Below, piece by piece: positions 22,663 through 35,181 of a DNA stretch of 64,000 nucleotides (positions are counted from its first letter, which is position 1; each line of letters begins with the position of its first letter). The DNA is taken from contig OX442314.1 of the NCBI GenBank assembly GCA_949358305.1, positions 7,502,001 to 7,566,000 of the forward strand, given 5' to 3'. A model generated the notes under the pieces. It saw nothing but the letters and a program-made list of their open reading frames with translations. It did not search any database and was not told the DNA's origin. The stretch is from Strigamia acuminata. Taxonomy: Eukaryota. A program made the translations under genes and the position numbers.

Positions 22663-24342
22663 TGTGACGGTTACAAAACCGTAGAAACGAAAGTTCATGC
22701 TAGGTGGCGCTGTTTAATCAACACGTGCGGTTTAAATACGGAAATCAAGAGTTGTAATAATTATTACAACAAAACGAATAAATATAAGATATTTATTGAC
22801 TTTAATAATGTGTTATTAATTACTTTATTGATTCTATTGAATCAATAATATATATTTTACTTACCTGTTGAAGAGAACCAATCGGATTCTATTGGGCCAA
22901 GTCTTCTACTAGGTCTGGACTAAAGTGTCCTGCGAATCCCGGATTCTGGTGTCCGATTGGCTACCACTAATCCTTCTGTTCTAAAGAACTATATAAGCTC
23001 TGGTTTTCCACCAGACCTTCGGCTTGTTTGAATATTGTTTGTATTGTATTGGTTGTTACCGTTTGATCTCACTTTTCTTTATCGACACATCAGGCCCCCT
23101 CGACTCTTAACAAATATGTATTATTACTATTACGTTATTGTCGTTGTATTGCTATTTCGGGAAGACTAACTCCGGTAAACAAATGGTCCCGTAGTTCTAG
23201 CTCGCTAACTTAAAGGATAGGGAGATTCTGTACGGTGGCTTAGTATATCGTAACTATACGGTAGAATTTGCCAGCTGTAAGTGGATCCCTCAGCTAGTTG
23301 CCTCCCTAGAGGTAAGAATGGTTGTTGTAAACCTTATTCTCAGGTTCTGGCACAAAGGTGACCAATGATCCTTCTGTGTTTGGGACATTATATGTCTCCA
23401 GTCAGTAAACGGTCTTCTCAGGGTCTGTTACTCAAGTAACTTGTGGATCTTTCTGTGTATTGGGCATCTAATGTCTACAGTCAGTAAAACATCGCTTCGG
23501 GTCCTGTTACTTAGGTAACTTGTTGGTCCTTCTGTGATACAGGCACTATTGTCTGAAGTCAGTGAAGTGTCTCTATACGGTAGGCCTTGCCAGTTGTAAG
23601 TGGATCCCTCAATTAACTGCCCCATTGCGGTAAGGATGGTTGTTGTAGACAATCATATATCGCAGTCTGATCGCCGGCAGTTGCACTGCCCGTAATCTCT
23701 TGGGTCTTCGTCTTTCTGTGGCTGGTCCTTCCGTACTTTAAAGGTCGTTGAAGGGCTAATATAATGTATTTTCTCCGGGTTGGTAGCCCGTGAACGGTAT
23801 AGAAAATACCGTGTTAAACAAACTACTAATTAATTACCTGGTGCTGGATCAAGAGATCTTGTCATCGTAAGGCATGCTGGCGGATGGAAGCCTCAAAACT
23901 TCCCATGATGGTTTCACAACCATCGTGACTGTCCCCGCCCATAAAAATAATAACTAACTTTTATTTGTTGCATTCTTATAGTTCTAGTTGTGTTTGAAGT
24001 CCGAGTCATTCAATTGAATGATTGCCAGATTTAGATCTCGGTGAATGCGAAGGATTCTTCGCATTCAAAACTATTCGTGCCACGGAGCCGAATACGTCTT
24101 CGTAGCGTTATTTGTGACAATGCCGCGAAGCCAGCCCTATCCCTTGGCCCGCTCAGATCCTCAACCAGTTGATGCCGCCCGTTTACACGTGCCCAGAACC
24201 CAGAACCAGTTGTATCTCGCTAATTAAACATGTAAAACCGTAAGTACCTATTATTCTGTTATTTATTCGCTCCGCACACATTTCGTAGCTTATCTCGGTT
24301 AGGTTATTGTTAGATTTAGCAATGTCTTCTTTCAACCGATTT
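22663..24342 (+). mobile_element. Truncated gypsy-type LTR
   Basis: Starts TGTGACGG; TAGGTGGCGCT motif and promoter-like blocks resembling the other LTRs; interrupted by the CACTA-like element; no CGTCACA end found. Confidence 0.6.
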
Positions 24343-25049
24343 CACTGCATGAAATTGGAACTTTCCTTACGGAAAAGTAATGAAAATTTGTTGTGAAAAG
24401 TTTAACTTTATAATGTTTGGATAGTTGTTGTGAAAGATTAATTGGAAAGCTAGCTTTACCAACATGAAAAGATGTTGTAAATGTTTATGCTGAAAAGTTA
24501 TGTAAATATGAAGTTATAAAGTTATGTAAACATACTGGAAAGATTGTTGTACACCTATGGCCAAAAAAATCTTCACTTGCTCTCACGCTGCTCTAGCTGT
24601 AAATGAGCAGTTCATTTTTCTGCCACCGGCGGCTAGAGCAGTCTACTTTTCCTGGGGGCAACAGCAAGTTTAAATGCAACTAACAGAGATTTTTAGTGAA
24701 CTTAAAAGCAAATTTAGTCGTGTCATTTTACCACGTTTTTGCACATATTTTAACACGTTTTTGCACACATTTTGCCACGTTTTGGCACACATTGTGCCAA
24801 GTTTTGCACACATTTTGCCATGTTTTTGCACAGATTTTACTACGTTTTTGCACACATTTTACCACGCTTTTGCACACATTTTGGCACACATTGTGCCAAG
24901 TTTTGCCACATTTTAACACGTTTTCGCACAAAAATGTTGTTTTTCACCAAAAATATGTTTTTTTAAGCCAAAATAGTGTTTTTTAACCAAAAATTGTATT
25001 TTTTTTTTGCTGAAAATAGTGTTTTTTGAATTTTAAATTGTTTTTTGCG

Positions 25050-25250
25050 CAAAAAATGGTTTTTTTGCCCAAAAAGTGTTTTTTTTGTCCAAAAAGTGTT
25101 TTTTTTGCCCAAAAAGTGTTTTTTTTGTCCAAAAAGTGTTTTTTTTGCCCAAAAAGTGTTTTTTTTGCCCAAAAAGAGTTTTTTTTGCCCAAAAAGTGTT
25201 TTTTTTGTCCAAAAAGTGTTTTTTTTGCCCAAAGTGTTTTTTTTGCCCAA
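25050..25250. repeat. 20-bp tandem repeat (CCAAAAAGTGTTTTTTTTG[C/T])
   Basis: About ten direct copies; explains the low-complexity ORFs in the track. Confidence 0.9.
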
Positions 25251-25258
25251 AAATATTC

Positions 25259-26256
25259 GAAAACTCTCACTTTAGCGACGCAAGTTTTAGCGATTGCTTA
25301 AAATTTGCGTTCACTTTAGCGACCGCCACTTTAGCTGTGCATGCTAAAATTCATCGCAGAATTGTGGTGTGTTTTAGCGAACTCCGTTTTAGCGACGGGT
25401 ATTTTTTAGCGACGTATCTGCGGTAACTGGGGTTCCGCAGGCATCAAATACGTTGCTGCTGCGTAGCATTCACGTCTTAGCGACGTGACACTCTAGCGAC
25501 CAGTATATAAGTGCAAGTGGATGGCATACAGAAATCATTTCACCTTCGAACAGGCGCAGTCGCAACAATGGCAATCGAAATGCTTAAAACAATCCGGGGT
25601 AAACCCAAGCTTTGTCTGCGTGGGTACTGTTATATCATTGAGAAACAGAAACCGGATAAGATTTACTGGAAGTGCGAAAGTTGGAAAACGAAGTGTGGCG
25701 GACGCGTAACTACTACTCGGAACACGGTGCAGCCAGTAATAACGATTGACCCAACGGCGCATAGTCATTGTCCTGATGCGAATCGAGCAGATGTCATCAG
25801 AGTGATGCAGGTTCTTAAAGAGCGTGCCGTGCTTACTTCATCATCACTGACTTCGAGATTGGTGCAATAAATGCAGCCAGAGAGGTTTTCCCGGACACCA
25901 TTATGCATGGCTGACACGGAACAAACCTGTGAAGGTATCTTCACTGGTGTGCAAAACCCTAGGAAGAGTCGCTTAGTCCAGCAGCGTGAAATTAGGATCC
26001 ACAGTTTGCTAAGGAACAGGCAACATACGCCTGTTCTGAAGTTTTTGCGGGGAATTGCGCGTAGTTACAGCAGATTCTAATAAAAAATTAATTTTGCCAT
26101 CAGACTGGTCCTTCTATAAAATATCAGGTGGTCAAAAAAATTTGACCTGGAGTGTATCTTAGCGGCGCCTGCAGACGCTAAAGTGTATCTGTCCCTAAAG
26201 TGGAGGTCGCTAAAGTCAACGTCGCTAAAATCGCGTCGCTATAGCGACCCATTCTC
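25259..26256 (+). mobile_element. Internally deleted Mutator-like element (MULE) retaining a FLYWCH zinc finger
   Basis: Imperfect G-start TIRs with TTTAGCGAC repeats; imperfect 9-bp flank AAAATATTC/AAAATATCA; 25568-25870 encodes RGKPKL..RGYCY...YWKC...CGGR...HSH; no DDE core. Confidence 0.75.
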
Positions 26257-27322
26257 AAAATATCAAAGATACATGCTTTTTTTTTTTTTACTTCTGATCC
26301 AGTGCCCAATTTTCATAATAAAAGTTAATTTCATTGGCATTTTCTAAAGAAATACTAGATAACTCATCATGTATTTATATGTATGGATAGAATTTTTTTT
26401 AGATGTTTTTATATATTTTGCTAGCTTAATTCTCCATTCTTTAGGAAATATTTCATGTTTTTCTCTCATCCCTCCATCCAGAAGTCCAGTTAATCGATTT
26501 CGCTGTTCTACACTGAATTTTGGTGCCATTTTTTGCAAACAAAGTGTTTAATTCTTTTCCTTTAACCATGTTAGGAGTTTGCAAATTTTGTGTGATGTTA
26601 GAGTTTGAATACATTAAGGAAATAAAATACAACAAAAGTTATGATTTATTTTTTATTATACTTGTATATTTAAAAATTTAATTTACTATAATCTGGTCCT
26701 GTTGAAGTGGATTTGGAATGATATTTATTTAATGTTCACATCAAACTGTATGTGGCAAAACTTTGCCAAAACGTGTGCCAAAACGTGGCAAAATGTGTGC
26801 AAAAGTGTGGCAAAATGTGTGCAAAAGCGTGGTAAAATGTGTGCAAAAACGTGGTAAAATGTGTGCAAAACTTGGCAAAATGTGCGCAAAACTTGGCACA
26901 ATGTGTGCCAAAACGTGTTAAAATATGTGCAAAAACGTGGTAAAATGACACGACTAAATTTGCTTTTAAGTTCACTAAAAATCTAAGTGTTAGTTGCATT
27001 TAAACTTGCAGTTGCCCCCAGGAAAAATAGACTGCTCTGGCCGCCGGTGGCGGAAAATTGAACTGCTCATTTCGAGCTGGAGCAGCGTAAGTGCTTGTGA
27101 AGATTTTTTTGGCCATAGGTGTACATCTCAAGGAGTGAGGACACACATTGTAGGTGGAAAGTTAACAAGTAAGCTTTATTTCTGAACAGGGGGTTAAATA
27201 CAGTTGTGGGATCAAGAGAGATCTCTCCCATTGGTCGGTCAAAAAAGGTCAGTGACAGTTCACGACCCTAAGTCTTCTCCCACTTTGTTCACAACGTCCT
27301 GTTCCTAATTATTAGGGGGCAA

Positions 27323-29056
27323 TCAACAATATGCATCACCAACGACTTTGGCTGTCCGTTTAATTCCCCACAAATTCCCCTCACGAACCGCCAATTTCGT
27401 TTGCTCATCGACACAATAAATATCAACTTCGGTCAGGTTTGCAGCTCGCTGGTCCCATATTTTTTGTCTGCTTCTCTTACGTCTTGCTCGCCGTTTGTAG
27501 CCCGGTCTCCTTTGTGTGATTTTCCCTTCGTGGCCCAATTCGAGATTATTGTGGTTATTTCTCGCATTACCTCGTCTTTCATTATCGTCTCGAATCGTCT
27601 CGTCTTCGCCTTGGATCGCTCCGTCTTCGTTTTGGATTGCCTCGTCTCGTCTCGTCTTGTTTTCGTCCCGATTCGTCTCGTCTTCGTCTCGAATCGCCTC
27701 GTCCCGCCTCGTCGCGTCTACGTCTTGAATCGCCTCGTCTCGTCTCGTCGCGTCTACGTCTTGTTCGGTCTCGTCTACGTCTCGAATCGTCTTGTCTTCA
27801 TCATCGTCGCTCTCGTCTTCATCGTCATCGCTCTCGTTTTCATCGCCATCGCTCTCGTCTTCATCGTCATCGCTCTCGTTCTCATCGCTTTCGTCTTTTT
27901 CTTCATCGCTCTCGTCTTTTTCTTCATCGCTCTCGTTTTCATCGCCATCGCTCTCGTCTTTTTCGTCATCGCTCTCGTTTTCATCGCCATCGCTCTCGTC
28001 TTTTTCGTCATCGCTCCACAAACAATATCCGTGTTCAATTATATTTTTCTTGTTCGCCCATGCTTCGTCATTCTTGCTTTGAGTGTCATCGTCCTCGCCT
28101 TCCGCACAATTGTCCTCGCTCTGCGCGTCGCTGTTCTCAATCAAGAATGCGCGTAAGACTCTTTCCTTCAGTTTTGGTGCGGTGTGTTTTCGGTTGTCTT
28201 CGATCGTTAATGCGCGTAGGGTTCTTTCCTTTGGTGTGTTATATCTTTGGTTGTTTCCCTGCCTCGGTTGGGCGCAGTTTGTCGCTTTGTGCCCCGTTCC
28301 TTGGCAGTTGAAACATTTCGTCGGATTTCTGCAATCGCTGGCCATGTGACCGGTCATGTCACAATTGTAACATCTTCTTTCGTCCGACCGCTTTTCGTAC
28401 CGTTTAACTGTCGATTTATACGCAGCATTCGATGGTTTCTCCTCGTCTTCTCGTTTCGTCCTTCTGTCTTCCGCTAATTTCAGTGTGTCTCGAATGTGTT
28501 GCATTGTTAGATTTTCTCGCTGTTCTAGCGCCAAAACGTTCTGGTCAAATTCCCTTCGCAACCCCTGCATCGCAAAGAATCGCACATCGTGATCGTCCAC
28601 CGCCTTCCCAAGTTGTAAACTCTCATTTTGTAGTGCTTCGATGCGGTTTAGATATTGGTCCACGGTCTCCGTTTTCGTCATCTCGAATCTCGATAATTTG
28701 ATGTTACACATTAGCTGGAGGTTTTTTGTTTTCGCCGCCATGCTGCTTTTGATTTTTGTCCATAATTTTCTTGCATTGTCTTCTGCTTGATGCCGTAGTA
28801 CCTGCTCCGCTGATAGCGTGTTGATGATAATTTCCATTGCCTCCGAATTTTCGTCGTCCCATTCGTCCCACTTCTTCTCCACTTCAGCGCAATTGTCGTC
28901 TTCTGCTTTGCCACGCGGCGGCTCGTCCGCCAAAATGACCTTCTTCCACAATTTTCGGCTCTTCAAAATCGTTTTTATCCGACGGGACCACAGCAGATAG
29001 TTTTTGTCGTCTAGTAGCTCCACTGCCGCAAACATGTTGAATTTCTTAGTCGTCAT
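27323..29056 (-). CDS. gag: Copia-type Gag with two CCHC knuckles, an acidic repeat tract and an RNaseH-like tail
   Basis: LLDDKNYLLWSRRIKTILKSRKLW copia Gag N-terminus; CYNCDMTGHMASDC and CFNCQGTGHKATNC; ESDDEKD-type repeats; ORF runs into the 3' LTR; probable ATG at 29056. Confidence 0.85.
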   Translation of the reverse strand: MTTKKFNMFAAVELLDDKNYLLWSRRIKTILKSRKLWKKVILADEPPRGKAEDDNCAEVEKKWDEWDDENSEAMEIIINTLSAEQVLRHQAEDNARKLWTKIKSSMAAKTKNLQLMCNIKLSRFEMTKTETVDQYLNRIEALQNESLQLGKAVDDHDVRFFAMQGLRREFDQNVLALEQRENLTMQHIRDTLKLAEDRRTKREDEEKPSNAAYKSTVKRYEKRSDERRCYNCDMTGHMASDCRNPTKCFNCQGTGHKATNCAQPRQGNNQRYNTPKERTLRALTIEDNRKHTAPKLKERVLRAFLIENSDAQSEDNCAEGEDDDTQSKNDEAWANKKNIIEHGYCLWSDDEKDESDGDENESDDEKDESDGDENESDEEKDESDEEKDESDENESDDDEDESDGDENESDDDEDESDDDEDKTIRDVDETEQDVDATRRDEAIQDVDATRRDEAIRDEDETNRDENKTRRDEAIQNEDGAIQGEDETIRDDNERRGNARNNHNNLELGHEGKITQRRPGYKRRARRKRSRQKIWDQRAANLTEVDIYCVDEQTKLAVREGNLWGIKRTAKVVGDAYC

Positions 29057-30360
29057 TTTGTCGCTTCTCTCGTGACTTGTAACAATCGTCGTGCTGTGTG
29101 TTTCTTTCTCAATAACCAGCGGTCTGCTACCATTTGTTGTACATCTGAAGGAGTGAGGACACACATTGTAGGTGGAAAGTTAACAAGTAAGCTTTATTTC
29201 TGAACTGGGGGTTAAATACAGTTGTGGGGTCAAGAGGGATCTCTCCCATTGGTCGGTCAAAAAAGGTCAGTGACAGTTCACGACCCTAAGTCTTCTCCCA
29301 CTTTGTTCACAACGTCCTGTTCCTAATTATTAGGGGGCAATCAACAATATGCATCACCAACGAGTTTGGCTGTCCGTTTAATTCCCCACAAAGATAAGTT
29401 ATTTATTTACTAGACAATTCGTATTAAAATTAACAATATCACACTTATAATTGCCTTGTTAGAGGGCAAACAACAATCATATTTCGATTATGGATTTTTT
29501 TAAAAACACACGCAAATCTTGTTAAAATTCTTTGAATCGGCATAAAACTGTCAGCATCCTCAACTTCTGTATTTTGGTCAAAAATTTCAACAGGTCTGCC
29601 ATACATCGTCTGATGCTTTCACGTAATTTGTAAACCAAACCAAGCAACCTTAAGAATAATATGATTTTTTTGTTCATTAGTTACTAAAACTTGATGTAAC
29701 CAAACTTCTTAAACTTTACATGACTTTACAGACTCATCACATGTTAGCCAAGATGCCATTACATAGGAAGATCGATGACTTCTACTGTTTTGTGAACCAA
29801 TGAATGTTCCCCCAAATCTGATATTTTTCACTTGTTTTATATGAATTATAACATGGATTTCATTGTTTCCATAGATTTTCCGGTAGCACTGTGCCAAATG
29901 AATTTTTTTTCTGCGGTGTCAAAACTTTCTCTTTCACATTTTTTAAGTTATACATCTCCTTATGTACTGTCCAGTCAAACTGATGAACCACATTTGATGG
30001 ATCAGCCATTTCACGCAATTTCAATTAATTATTTTACATTGAATTTAATCTATTAAAGTAATTGTAAAGCTATAAAAACCATACTTTATTTTCTCTAGTA
30101 AAGACATTCTAACCATTAACTTTACATAAATTGTAAAGTTGATTTTTAACTCAGGAAAGTTGTACTTGTAAATGCAGGCTTTTTATAGGAAAGTTGTTGT
30201 AGTAAAGTCAACTTTAGCACAACAAGTAAAGTCAACTTTAATAACTGTTAAAGGTGGGCTTTCCAAGAACTTTTCTGGTCATTCACAACATGGAAAGTTC
30301 CAATTTCATGCAGTGTTTATCTTGCTTAAATGACTAATAAATCAGCCATCATTTTGAACA

Positions 30361-30663
30361 TGTTATGTTTTCCTTGCATGAATAAACCACACGATCCCGG
30401 TCGTGTACTGGTATTTTATTCTTTGGTTGCTTTATTAACACTGCATTCTTTTTCATGCTAATTTGGTTAGTTTGTAATTTTACTCAACGCAATTCCGTTT
30501 ACATTTTTGTATATATGTTCTTATCGTTATGGCAACAGATGTGTGTGTTATTATTGTTGGTTCGAATATTGTTTTGTACAATCAAAATAAACAAATACAT
30601 AAATTCAATTATCCAATCAACATCATACTAATTATATGACTTCAAATCACGATAGACATAACA
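30361..30663. mobile_element. Solo LTR (303 bp)
   Basis: TGTTATGT...ACATAACA with 5-bp TSD GAACA; empty site at 14243-14247. Confidence 0.8.
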
Positions 30664-31697
30664 GAACATACAGTCAAACTTCGTTAAAACGAACCATAAT
30701 GTAACGAATTTCTTGTTATAACGAATAGTCAAAAATGGCTTGGTTTATTGGTTGGCTTAAGAACACCATGTTAAAAAAATTTGATGTAACAAACCTTCGT
30801 TATAACGAGGGTCGACTGTATTTAAATGACTAAAATTTTGAAAAGTTTTCCCAAATAACCGGGTCTATTCTGGCTGATACTTGTTATTATTTATTGCATT
30901 ATTAATTCAAAAATACATTTAAATCACCTGTGTGTAATAACAAATTGCAAAAGTGTAGAAAAATACAATTGTATGTTTTTAAAAGCTTCATACGTTTGGT
31001 ATTTTTAAGAACATTAATATCTAACAAAAAGTAAATTATGAATTATGATCTACTGAAATAATCACAACATTGAAATATCATTGTTTCATCATAATGTTGT
31101 ATTTCAGTTAAAAATGCAACTTTAATATCTGCTAGGTGATATTTTTAATATAAAATATGCTTTCATTATTAGAACCAAAATACAAAATGTCAGTGTATAG
31201 GGCATCAGAAGAATTATTATTATTTTTATTTTATGTAAATTTCAACTTAATGGCCGCATTTTGAATCGCTCTACAGTACATTCACATCTGAATCCATCAT
31301 TACAATAAAGACAGAAGATCACATTGCGTTATTTTTAAAACGCCAAATTTGTTGCAATTCTGATGTGAAAACTCAATGAGAATAGAGAGTTTATTTTAAA
31401 GTACAAAAGGAGGTAGCAAACTTAACTACAACTTGACGTTGAAACAAGTTTTTGAACAAGTGCTTGTTGCGTGTAATGAACGTTCCTAAGCAACTTTAAC
31501 AATAATATACAGTAAAGGTATGAGTCAACAACAATATTTTGCTGCATTGTGAACAGAAGCTTTAGCAAAATTTAGTGCAACAATTTAATTTCGTAGCATT
31601 GTAAACTAGCCTTTAAATTAACAACTGTTAACGATTAACAATACAGTTAAACATATGAACTAACTTTAAAAAGATTTAAAATAGTCTTGCCCATATT

Positions 31698-32674
31698 TTA
31701 TTTCTTCTTTTGAAACCACATCGAAAAGCTCTTATTCTGATACCAAGTATTAGTGTTTAAAATGCAAATGTAGAAAGACAGCAAAGACATTCCTAAACCT
31801 AATCCTATGATGCTACCGACATCGCTTAACAATTGAGATAGCGGATATGCCTGTTGCTCTTCTATACTCTCTAAGAAACTATCGGGGAATTCAATAACTA
31901 TTAATGTGAAAGAAAACCTCGATATTTTATTCTCATTGCCATGCAAAACAAATTTGTGAAAAGTATTTTCGCAAGGCAGTCTACATTTGCATTGTTTGTG
32001 ATTCGAGTCAAGATTCTTTAAATACGTTAAATGAGCGGTAGTAATTTCTGTTGTTGTGTTACAAACTGGCAAGTCCTGTCTCCAGAAATAAGGTAATCTG
32101 AAACATTTACAAACAACTGTAAACTGAAACGGCTAGGTGTTTTTTGAACAACTGGTGTATGTGTTTCAAACAGGATAAAATCATAATTGAGATGTGTAGG
32201 AAGTGAAGTGTCTGGTTTAGCTTACCTGCAGTTAACGGTTTGAAACAGATTGTTTTGGATGCAAGCATTTTTACACTTGAGATAAGCACTTTTGTTTTGC
32301 TCACATGGATTTTGCTTTGTATTTCTTCGTATAGTCTATTTCATAAAATCAAAATAAGTTAGAATGAAAGCACGTAAGTATTGTTTGTTTAATTTATTGC
32401 CTGAAGTGCTCGAAGTGTTACTATGTTCCACCAATCATAGTTTAAAGTCAAAGGTGCCATAATGTTAACGTCTTCATTCAGATTATTTAGGAAAAACTAA
32501 ATATTATTATTATTCAAAATGATGTATACAGTATAGTATTTATCCGTAATTGCCAAAATGCTCTTTGACTAATCTTTGCATTTAATTACGCCATTGGAGT
32601 GTTGAATGCAATAAATAATAAATAAATAGTACCTTCAGATCCTGGTCACATGGTTTGTAAGGAACTTCATTATA
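31698..32674 (-). pseudogene. DEG/ENaC copy B, 5'-truncated (exons 31698-32097, 32226-32335, 32401-32496, partial 32633-32674)
   Basis: Close paralogue of copy A exons 8-11; exon 8 broken at TA by an element starting CAGGGTG (32675); exon 9 donor is GC; upstream exons not found in the window. Confidence 0.85.
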
Positions 32675-32945
32675 CAGGGTGGAACAAAAGTCTGTTCCCC
32701 TCAAATATTTCCTCAGCAATTGCATCTAGGCCAACTTTGATGAAACAATCGTATAGGAAGTTGGGTGAGAGCAATCCAATGATGTCATCAAATTTGACCT
32801 TGAAGGCCATTTTCAAGGTTATTCACTTGCTAACTTCTAAACCAATCAGGTTAAAGCAAAAAAGTCAATTACAAAGTTGTAGAGCACCATCAAATTAGTA
32901 CTATCCAACTTATCCTAGTCATCTTAAGTTAAATGTTTTCCTAGC
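32675..32945. mobile_element. Tc1/mariner-like MITE end
   Basis: TA|CAGGGTGG start; similar inverted sequence at about 46560-46791 ending CACCCTG|TA. Confidence 0.55.
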
Positions 32946-33926
32946 GTGACCATCATCACTGACCGTGGGTCTAATATGCACGCACATGATGGTTTACCAA
33001 GTTATTATCACTGGTTTCCCTGCATCGATCACATCATCGCAACAATCGACGAGGAGATGCTGCTCGAGCTGATCACGTTCCTGCAACCGTTTAAAGAGGC
33101 GACGCTCGCGTTGGAGGTTTTTAAAGAGCCAACACTTCATCGTGTCCGCTACTTCTGGCACTTCCTCATTTTGCATTGTGATCCGGTCCATGAAGACATG
33201 TGCCGCACGGGGACCGATGGGACGAAGACGACGATCCCCAAGGATTCGGAGCATATTTTGGCAATTAAGCCTATCGTTCGGGATCTTATTGAGAAGAAGT
33301 TCGTCATCGAGCAGATCTATGTGATTGCTGCCTTGATGGACCCGCGCAGCAAGCGTCGTCTGGCCAAATTTGGCCTGACAGATGACCAGATAAACGAGGC
33401 CAAGGAACAGTTACGGGTAGTAATGATGGATCACGTACCCGATCCGGCAGAGCTTGCGCTGGCCCCAGAAGACATATGCCGTCCTCCTTCCAAGAAGGCA
33501 AAGGTAAATCACGCGCCATGTCGCCGCCCACTAGCGGAGTTCAGCGACGATGACGAGGACGCTGAAAGCGATGTAGGAGTCACCGAACTGGCGGAGGACC
33601 AGTCCGCCGACGCAGTCGATGCACACCGGGTTCAATCTGAACTGGATAAGTATTTTATGGACGCCTGTATGGACAATGATAGGATCGTGATTAAGGAACA
33701 CAGTCTCTTATACTGGTGGAAGACCCAGCAGACCAACTTTCCCATCCTCTCCAGAGCCGTGCAATCAATTCTATGCATTCCAGCATCCAGCGCAAAGTCG
33801 GAATGCAATTTTTCCGACGCCGGCAATACTATGACCGAGAAGCGGAACCGACTGGACCCGTCCAAGTTAAACGATTTAATGTTTTTGCGATCGATGTTTC
33901 AATCCAAATCGATTAGTAAAATGTAA
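32946..33926 (+). pseudogene. hAT transposase C-terminal fragment (internally deleted)
   Basis: IITDRGSNM catalytic Asp; CIDH; FLQPFKEAT; MDPR; hATC dimerisation domain WW...FPILS...IPASSAKSECNFS.AG...RNRL; CGGGTA-type subterminal repeats at about 34148-34255. Confidence 0.9.
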
Positions 33927-34380
33927 AGGTTTATGGTTAATGGTTTAGTTTTATAATAATAACGTAATAAATTGATTTATTTAACAAATTTGGTTTATTT
34001 TTATGTCATTCAATTAATATTTATACAAAAAATATAAAATTAAATTTAAAAAATTTAAGAAATTTGAAATGATGATGTTTTGATCAGCCTACCGTAGTTC
34101 ATTGTAAAATCGCACCGCCACCGCAATGAACAATGAACACGTAATCGCGGGTACGGGTAGGGTAGGGTAGGGGGATTCCGGGATAGCCCGGGTACGGGCG
34201 GGTACGGGTACGAAATTGTTTCGGCGACGGGTAACGGGCGGGTAACGGGTAAACTTTTTTCGCCAATGTTATTTTCTGCCGTAGAACACCATGTTAAAAA
34301 AATTTCGATATAACGAATTCTCGTTATAACGAATCGATTTTACGGTCCCTTGCGATTCGTTATAAAGAGTTTTGACTGTA

Positions 34381-34997
34381 GTAACTTGAGAACAAGTTAC
34401 CAGTTAAGTCAAGAGACTTAATTACTTTACATTGGACGTAATGTAACAATAAGTAGGCAACAACTTATCGGCGAAACATCTAAAGGAAATCACAATGTTA
34501 CGAATTAAATATAATTCGTAATTGGAATATTGGTAAGTAAATGAATACATTTACTTACACCAATATCCTCTCAAAGTTGTGGTGGTGCACGAAAGTCAAC
34601 CGCATCTCTCAGATCATTTGATTCATCGATGTGCGATGATTTACACAACGAACCAGAAACCACGAAGCCGTATCGGACTTCAGGACGCAGCTATCCGGCT
34701 TAGATGACATCTATAACCAGGTCGAGCGATGGGAAAACCGCTCCCAAACTCCGGACATGTAATGATATTATTATAGGGCCAGTTGGTCAATCGATTGTAT
34801 AGTTTAATAGTTTATTTAACTTGCCATTTGTCGGCATTAGTCCTATATATAACTTAGTTTTATTTCTATTGTTGGTAACAATAAACTATTATGTATTGAT
34901 AACTCTCTTGTCTCTTATACTTTATCTCTTGTATTATTCACTGTTTTATTGGGACCGGTACCATTGATAAATGGGAGTTGTGGTTGTCACCGTCACA
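34381..34997 (+). mobile_element. 3' part of a gypsy-type LTR
   Basis: Ends CCGTCACA; carries the shared AAGTCAACCG...TGTATAGTTTAA...GCCATTTGTCGGC block and AATAAA. Confidence 0.7.
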
Positions 34998-35181
34998 AGT
35001 TTATAGAGTTTATTTTCTTGAAAATTTGGGTTTTTGCGACTTTGTGGAATTTTGCGGTTATACAATTTCTTGCGGTTATGCGGTTTTTGCGATTTTATGC
35101 ACTTTTTGTGGTTTTGCGATATCTCGCGTGAATTGCAGAAACCGCACTGCACTTGCCAAAAATAATAACCGCACAACCCTA
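34998..35181 (+). mobile_element. Right terminus of the hAT-like non-autonomous element
   Basis: Ends ACAACCCTA followed by CTTCACAC; 34998-35055 resembles 12745-12800. Confidence 0.65.

Larger units (their letters stand above)
24552..27121. mobile_element. TA-flanked foldback-like element with minisatellite arms, inserted in the copia 3' LTR
   Basis: TA|CACCTATGGCCAAAAAAATC...GATTTTTTTGGCCATAGGTG|TA; inverted arms of about 350 bp including TTTTGCACACA repeats. Confidence 0.85.
24545..29390 (-). mobile_element. Gag-only copia-type LTR element; 5' LTR 29135-29390; 3' LTR split (24545-24551 + 27122-27372)
   Basis: About 256-bp LTRs TGTGG...CAACA differing by about five substitutions; PBS TGGTAGCAGA next to the 5' LTR; PPT GAGGGGAATT; 5-bp TSD AAGAT (24540-24544, 29391-29395). 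Confidence 0.9.
24343..30315. mobile_element. CACTA/CMC-like DNA transposon (non-autonomous, interrupted by nested inserts)
   Basis: Perfect 24-bp TIR CACTGCATGAAATTGGAACTTTCC at both ends; TT(T) flanks; AAAGTT-rich subterminal repeats. Confidence 0.8.

Noticed and set aside
24670..25430. Cluster of overlapping short ORFs and regularly spaced repeats (CRISPR-like look)
   Set aside because: Simple 11-bp and 20-bp tandem repeats without unique spacers inside a MITE; eukaryotic context, no cas genes
27401..28349. Plus-strand hydrophobic, Arg/His-rich and Ser-rich ORFs
   Set aside because: Antisense shadows of the acidic repeat in the copia Gag ORF
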